From contig JBFMAF010000024.1 in the NCBI GenBank assembly GCA_040755995.1, forward strand, positions 256,001 through 320,000: a stretch of DNA of 64,000 nt, in the 5' to 3' direction. Origin of the DNA: Acidobacteriota bacterium. Its GTDB lineage: Bacteria > Acidobacteriota > CAIWXX01. The notes under the pieces are model-generated. The model was not told where the DNA came from, searched no databases, and saw nothing but the letters and a program-made list of their open reading frames with translations. The position numbers and the translations under genes were made by a program. This document shows, piece by piece, positions 58,908 to 64,000 of this stretch. Numbering within the stretch: position 1 is the first letter of the stretch; the number at the start of each line of letters is the position of its first letter.

Positions 58908-61649
58908 ATGAAGCAAATGGAAACGGGTCCATCACGCACTCCGATCTTCGTGTTCGATATCTGGGGATGCCGCGGCTCGCGCAATCTGGAGCCGGGGTCG
59001 TCGCGACTGGGCACGCGGACGCCCTGCTACTCCGTCCTCGGCAGGGAAGAGCTCCTCGTTTTCGACGCGGGCCGCGGACTCGCCGCGCTCGGCATCGCGA
59101 TGAAGCAGGGCGTCCGGTATCAGAACGTCTCGCATATTCACCTGCTAGTGAGCCACGCTCACATGGATCACTGGGAGGGGCTCAAGGATGTCGACTGGTT
59201 CTGGCTGAAGGACCGGCCCCTGGAAGTGACGCTCCATGGGCCGTCGGAAGCAGTCGAGGCCGCTCGCGCGGCATTCGCTCATCCGTCCTACGTTCCGCTG
59301 GAACAACTGGCCTCCGGCACCAACGTGCGCTTCGACGTGGATGCTCTGAAGGCCGGAGATGAGCGCGATCTCGGTTCGTTCCGCCTCAAGACGGCGGCTC
59401 TCAACCATTACAGCGGCAGCGGCCCCACCAAACGCATGCTGGACGCACTGGGATTCCGCGCTGAAGGGAAGGATGGGCCCGTCGTTTCCTATGTCTCGGA
59501 TCACGAGCCATCGCCCAGCCATGCCGCGGATGAGGCCCGGCTGGTGACGGGCGCCTCGCTCATCGTGCTCGACGCTCACTATGCGAACATCTCCGAGCAT
59601 TCATACGGACACGGGTCGATCGAGTACGCAGCGCGGATCGCGCGCTCGTATCCGGACACCCTGGTCATGGCCAGCCACATCGGCTCGCTTCTGAGCGACG
59701 AGTCCATCATCGAGTCGGTCCTCCGCCACGCCCAGGGCGTCGCCAATTTCCGGCTCTCGCGCGAGGGGGATTCGTATTTCTGGAACTGGCGGGAGCAGAA
59801 GTTCATCACGCACGGACAGCCCCCAGCCGTCTCCGTCGGATCAGACGGCACACCGAGGCGGCCTTTCCCGAAGGGCGGTCTCGCGACGCCGGAAGACCTC
59901 CATATCCTCAGGCACGAGCTGAAGACCCCGATCAATCAGATCATGGGCTATTCGGAGCTCATCGAGGAGGAGATGGAGGACAAGGGCGAATCATCGTACA
60001 CCGCCGACCTGCGGAAGATCCACAAGGCCTCCCAGCAGCTGCTATACCTGGTCGATCAGATCCAGCTGCCTGACTCGGCCCCCGGCGCGCCGCCGCCGGT
60101 TCCGCAGCATTCAACCGGACTGGAACAGGCGACAGCCGAGATCGGGACCGACGACGAAGCCGCTGTCGCTCTTCCGGCGGATTACGATCAGAATGGAGCA
60201 CCTGGCGAGCACGTGCTTGTGGTCGACGACAACGAGCTGAACCTTGACATGCTGTCGCGACGGCTGAAGGGGCGGGGCTACCGCGTCTCGGTTGCGAGCG
60301 ACGGGCAGCAGGCGTTCGAGAAGGTGAATGCGGACCGGTTCGACGCGATCCTCCTGGATATAATGATGCCCGGCATCAGCGGGCTTGACGTGCTGAAGGC
60401 GCTGCGCAAGACGTATACTCCGGCCGACCTGCCGGTCATCATGGCCACGGCGAGGGATCAGAGCGAGGACATCGTGGAGGCGCTGAAGCTCGGCGCAAAC
60501 GACTACGTCACCAAGCCGCTCGATTTTCCCGTCGTCGTGGCGCGCCTCCGAACCCACCTCTCGCTGAAGAAGGCCAGGGATCGTGTGAACCGCCTGGTGG
60601 AAGGGTTGGAGGTCAGGAATCGATTCATACGAAAAACGTTCGGGCGGTATCTGAGCGACGACGTGGTAGCGAGTCTGCTGGAGAGTCCGGAGGGGCTCAA
60701 GCTTGGCGGCGACCGCCGCGTTGTGACCATGCTCATGGCCGACCTCCGAGGCTTCACCTCGATGACGCATGGGATGAACCCCGAGCTGGTCATGAGAGTC
60801 CTCAACAACTACCTGGGGACCATGGCGCACGTCATCACCAAGCATCGAGGGACAATTGACGAGTTCCTCGGCGACGGCATTCTGGCGCTGTTCGGGGCGC
60901 CGATTCAGGCTGAGGACGACCCGCGGCGCGCCCTCGCATGTGCGCTCGAAATGCAGGTGGCGATCGAGGCGGTGAATGAACACAATGCGGCCGAGGGGCT
61001 GCCGTCGATCGACATGGGCGTCGCACTGAACACGGGCGAGGTCGTCGTTGGCAACATCGGATCAGAGACGCGGGCCAAGTACGGAGTGGTGGGTAGCCAG
61101 GTGAACCTGAGCGGGCGAATCGAGTCGTTCACAGTCGGCGGCCAGATTCTGATGACTGACGCCACACTGCAGGCGGCCGGCCGTGACGTGCACGTGGGGA
61201 AGGCGCTGGCGCTGAACGCGAAGGGCTTCAAGGAACCAGTGCGCGTCTACGAGCTCGTGGGACTCGGCGCGCCTTACAACATCTTCCTCCCGCAGCGGAA
61301 GGACGCGCCGGTCCAGCTCTCGCAGGAGATCCCCGTTCTTTGCTGGGTGCTGAGCGACAAGCTGATCGACACGGATGTATTCGAGGGGTTCATTACCGCA
61401 TTGTCGCCCAGGGGTGGTGAGATGCGGTCTCTGGCCAGCCTGGAGCCTATGACCAACCTCAAGCTCCGCTTTGCCGGTGATCGTGAGAAGGTGCTCGATT
61501 CCGATATCTACGTCAAGGTGACATGTGCCGACGAGACGGCCCACGAACGGCTGAGCTTCCGCTTTACTTCGGCGCGGCCCGATGTGCTCGAATATATCCG
61601 GCAGCTTCGCGAGAACAACGGCCGGTTGCCTGGGGAGCCAGCACGCTAA
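58908..61649 (+). CDS. Fusion: MBL-fold hydrolase + HisKA + REC + class III nucleotidyl cyclase (Cya2-type, probable guanylate cyclase) + PilZ-like tail
   Basis: WGCRGS and SHAHMDH (HxHxDH); RHELKTPINQIMGYSE; REC LLDIMMP; ADLRGFT, TIDEFLGDG, GNIGS..KYGVVGSQVNLSGRIES. Confidence 0.9.
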   Translation: MKQMETGPSRTPIFVFDIWGCRGSRNLEPGSSRLGTRTPCYSVLGREELLVFDAGRGLAALGIAMKQGVRYQNVSHIHLLVSHAHMDHWEGLKDVDWFWLKDRPLEVTLHGPSEAVEAARAAFAHPSYVPLEQLASGTNVRFDVDALKAGDERDLGSFRLKTAALNHYSGSGPTKRMLDALGFRAEGKDGPVVSYVSDHEPSPSHAADEARLVTGASLIVLDAHYANISEHSYGHGSIEYAARIARSYPDTLVMASHIGSLLSDESIIESVLRHAQGVANFRLSREGDSYFWNWREQKFITHGQPPAVSVGSDGTPRRPFPKGGLATPEDLHILRHELKTPINQIMGYSELIEEEMEDKGESSYTADLRKIHKASQQLLYLVDQIQLPDSAPGAPPPVPQHSTGLEQATAEIGTDDEAAVALPADYDQNGAPGEHVLVVDDNELNLDMLSRRLKGRGYRVSVASDGQQAFEKVNADRFDAILLDIMMPGISGLDVLKALRKTYTPADLPVIMATARDQSEDIVEALKLGANDYVTKPLDFPVVVARLRTHLSLKKARDRVNRLVEGLEVRNRFIRKTFGRYLSDDVVASLLESPEGLKLGGDRRVVTMLMADLRGFTSMTHGMNPELVMRVLNNYLGTMAHVITKHRGTIDEFLGDGILALFGAPIQAEDDPRRALACALEMQVAIEAVNEHNAAEGLPSIDMGVALNTGEVVVGNIGSETRAKYGVVGSQVNLSGRIESFTVGGQILMTDATLQAAGRDVHVGKALALNAKGFKEPVRVYELVGLGAPYNIFLPQRKDAPVQLSQEIPVLCWVLSDKLIDTDVFEGFITALSPRGGEMRSLASLEPMTNLKLRFAGDREKVLDSDIYVKVTCADETAHERLSFRFTSARPDVLEYIRQLRENNGRLPGEPAR

Positions 61650-61894
61650 CTCAGTTCATGCGACAGTTGGACGAAGCGGTCGACGGTCGTCGGCTCAGGT
61701 TCGCGGGTGCAGAGGCGATGCAGTCGGATTGCGGCCGTCTCGGACACCAGGCAATCGATTGGCGATCTGTGGTATCCTAGAGGCCGAGCTTCGAAACGAT
61801 CAAGTGAAGGAGTCACTCATTATCACGTCCGCGCTCCCGTGACGTGGGACATCCATCGGCCGATGAGATGAGATCGGCAGGGAGGAAGAAAGAC

Positions 61895-63973
61895 ATGGAA
61901 TCCGTGACACTCGACGATGCCCGGCGCAACGACGTGGTGGCGGCGCTCGGGAAATGCCCGCTCTTCCGCGCGCTCAAGGCTGAGCACTTCCCTCAGATTA
62001 TCAACATTGGTGAGCTCTACCAGTATGATCCGGAGGAGGTGATCATACGGCAGGGAGATCCCTCTGATTCGTTCTTCGTGATTGTGGATGGTGAGGTATC
62101 CGTGAGAGATGCCAAGCCCGACGGCGAGTACATAGAGCTCGGGCGAATGCCCGCGAAGAGCAGCGTCGGCGAGATCGGCCTGTTGTTGGATGAGCCTCGG
62201 ACTGCCACCGTGGTGGCCACTCAGCAGGCGGTGGTGTTGAAGTTCGGCGCGAAGGCCTTCCATGTCATGTTCCAGAAGATCCCGGATTTCGGCGTGGGGG
62301 TTAGCCGCGGGCTGGCCCACCGGCTGGAGCAGGTATCGGGCCGTCGCGTAGCGCTGCCCGAGTACGACACGACGAAGCCGAGGCCCCCGGTCGACGTGCT
62401 CAGCCTGCTCCCCAGGGAGCTGTGCCAGCGCCATCGCATCCTCCCGCTGCAGGTCGATGGGAGTATCGTCACGATGGGGTTCGTGGATGAGCCCAGCACG
62501 CAGGTGATGACCGCCGTTCGCGACCAGCTCGCCAGCATGGACATCAGACCCATGCACATCAACCTCGAGTTCTACAACAAGATCATGCAGAGCTACGTCG
62601 GGCTGGAAGGCTGGGGAGCGCCAGCCGAGGCTGCCCCCGAGGCGCCCCCAGCTGCACGACCTCAATCCAAGTCGCCTCGGCTGGATGGTCTGTTGGAGAG
62701 GGTGGTGGCGGAAGGCGCATCGGATTTGCACGTGTCCGCCGGCCACAAGCCTCACTGGCGCATAGAAGGCGACATGCAGACGATCGTGGACCTACCGGTG
62801 CTTGGCGAGAACGAGGTCTTCGAGCTGCTCCAGCCGGTAATGGAACACAGGCATCTGGACGAGTTCGCGGAGAGAATGGACGCGGACTTCGCCTACGCGG
62901 TGCCCGGCCTCGCCCGTTTCCGCGTCAACATGTACAAGGACAACCACGGGGTCGGTGCGGCTTTCCGTCTGATTCCGTCCAAGGTTCTCACACTCGATCA
63001 GCTCGGCCTCCCCGCAGTCCTCAAGAACTTCTGCGAGGTTCCCAAGGGGCTGATCCTGGTGACGGGTCCGACCGGCTGCGGGAAGTCCACAACCCTGGCC
63101 GCGATGATAGACCACATCATCAAGACGCGCAAGGCACACATCGTGACGCTGGAGGACCCGATCGAGTTCGTTCATCAGAGCGATGCCTGCCTGATCAACC
63201 AGCGCGAGATCGGGGGTCAGGTGCAGAGCTTCGGCAGAGGCTTGCGCGCCGCGCTGCGCGAGGACCCGGACATAGTTCTACTGGGCGAGATGCGGGATGC
63301 AGAGACGATCGCATTGGCGCTCGAGACCGCCAACACGGGCCACCTTGTGCTGGCCACGTTGCACACAAACACAGCCATCACGGCGCTCGACCGGATCATC
63401 GACTCGTTCCCCGGCGACCAGCAACCCCAGATTCAGAGCACGCTCGGGGATGTGTTGAGAGGCGTCGTCGCGCAGATGCTCGTCAAGAAGATCGGCGGAG
63501 GCCGCATGGCCGTGTGCGAGGTCATGGTCGTGAACTACGCCATACAGAACCTCGTCCGCGAGAAGAAGACTCAACAGATCCCCAGCGTCATGCAGACGGC
63601 CAGGGGCATAGGGATGGCACTGCTCAACGACGAGCTTGCGAAGCTGGTGGAGGATCGGAAGATCGAGATGCAGGAGGCCATGAGCAAGGCCATCGACAAG
63701 GACGATCTCAACCGGCGCTTCCGGAGCGGCCTGACGCTCGCCGAGGACCCACCCACCTTCGAGCGGGTCCGGATCATCGCTGTGAGGCCGTCGACTCCGG
63801 CCTCCGAGGCCGGGCTGCATCGCGGAGACTACATCGTGGAATTCGCCGGGAAGCCGACCAAGGAGTACACGGTGGACGAGATTCGAGCCGCCTTCCGCAT
63901 CGATATGCAGCACCAGCTCGGCATCCAGAGGGGTGACAAGCGCCTCAAGATTGTCATGGACATGCGCAAGTAA
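61895..63973 (+). CDS. pilT: PilT-family pilus retraction ATPase with N-terminal cNMP-binding and GspE/PilB-type N-domain and C-terminal PDZ
   Basis: cNMP IIRQGD...GEIGLL..PRTATV; LLPRELCQRHRILPL; ASDLH, GPTGCGKSTT, TLEDPIE, LREDPD...GEMRD, TGHLVLATLHT, AIQNLVRE; PDZ VRPSTPASEAGLHRGDYI; GGAGG SD. Confidence 0.92.
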   Translation: MESVTLDDARRNDVVAALGKCPLFRALKAEHFPQIINIGELYQYDPEEVIIRQGDPSDSFFVIVDGEVSVRDAKPDGEYIELGRMPAKSSVGEIGLLLDEPRTATVVATQQAVVLKFGAKAFHVMFQKIPDFGVGVSRGLAHRLEQVSGRRVALPEYDTTKPRPPVDVLSLLPRELCQRHRILPLQVDGSIVTMGFVDEPSTQVMTAVRDQLASMDIRPMHINLEFYNKIMQSYVGLEGWGAPAEAAPEAPPAARPQSKSPRLDGLLERVVAEGASDLHVSAGHKPHWRIEGDMQTIVDLPVLGENEVFELLQPVMEHRHLDEFAERMDADFAYAVPGLARFRVNMYKDNHGVGAAFRLIPSKVLTLDQLGLPAVLKNFCEVPKGLILVTGPTGCGKSTTLAAMIDHIIKTRKAHIVTLEDPIEFVHQSDACLINQREIGGQVQSFGRGLRAALREDPDIVLLGEMRDAETIALALETANTGHLVLATLHTNTAITALDRIIDSFPGDQQPQIQSTLGDVLRGVVAQMLVKKIGGGRMAVCEVMVVNYAIQNLVREKKTQQIPSVMQTARGIGMALLNDELAKLVEDRKIEMQEAMSKAIDKDDLNRRFRSGLTLAEDPPTFERVRIIAVRPSTPASEAGLHRGDYIVEFAGKPTKEYTVDEIRAAFRIDMQHQLGIQRGDKRLKIVMDMRK

Positions 63974-64000
63974 CTGCTGCGGGCGGCAGGCGAGACGGGG

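Noticed and set aside
61803..61817. AGTGA-N5-TCACT upstream of the cNMP-PilT gene as a CRP site
   Set aside because: Spacer is 5 rather than 6 bp and half-sites deviate from TGTGA/TCACA; could bind another factor but unsupported
62330..62600. c-di-GMP-binding MshEN motif in the PilT N-domain
   Set aside because: No RLGxxL motif; only the downstream alpha/beta subdomain is present

Overview
GC-rich (roughly 65% by eye) bacterial chromosomal window. Gene content and style suggest Acidobacteriota or a deltaproteobacterial-type lineage (inference). In order it carries: the khpA-rimM-trmD-rplS-rnhB operon followed by a large SgmX-like TPR protein; housekeeping genes (yvcK, comEC, bfr, rlmD, mpl, hemL, lipoate ligase); two GT-C glycosyltransferases; an archaeal FOR-type tungsten aldehyde oxidoreductase with MoaD; a small UDP-L-6-deoxy-HexNAc glycan cluster; and many signalling genes. 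The most notable locus is 58.9-64.0 kb. A fused metallo-beta-lactamase-fold phosphodiesterase-like/HisKA/REC/class III cyclase carries the Glu specificity residue of Cya2-type guanylate cyclases. It lies directly upstream of a PilT-family ATPase fused to an N-terminal cNMP-binding domain, a GspE/PilB-type N-domain and a C-terminal PDZ domain, making a candidate cGMP-gated pilus retraction module. The window also has a cytoplasmic sensory [NiFe]-hydrogenase (group 2b/2c type) coupled to a hybrid histidine kinase, a Ser/Thr kinase fused to a pseudopilin-like head, two toxin-antitoxin remnants, families of dispersed 6/7/8-mer intergenic repeats, and several apparently leaderless genes. No rRNA, tRNA, CRISPR array or intact transposase was seen. 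All family assignments come from motif recognition by eye, not database searches.
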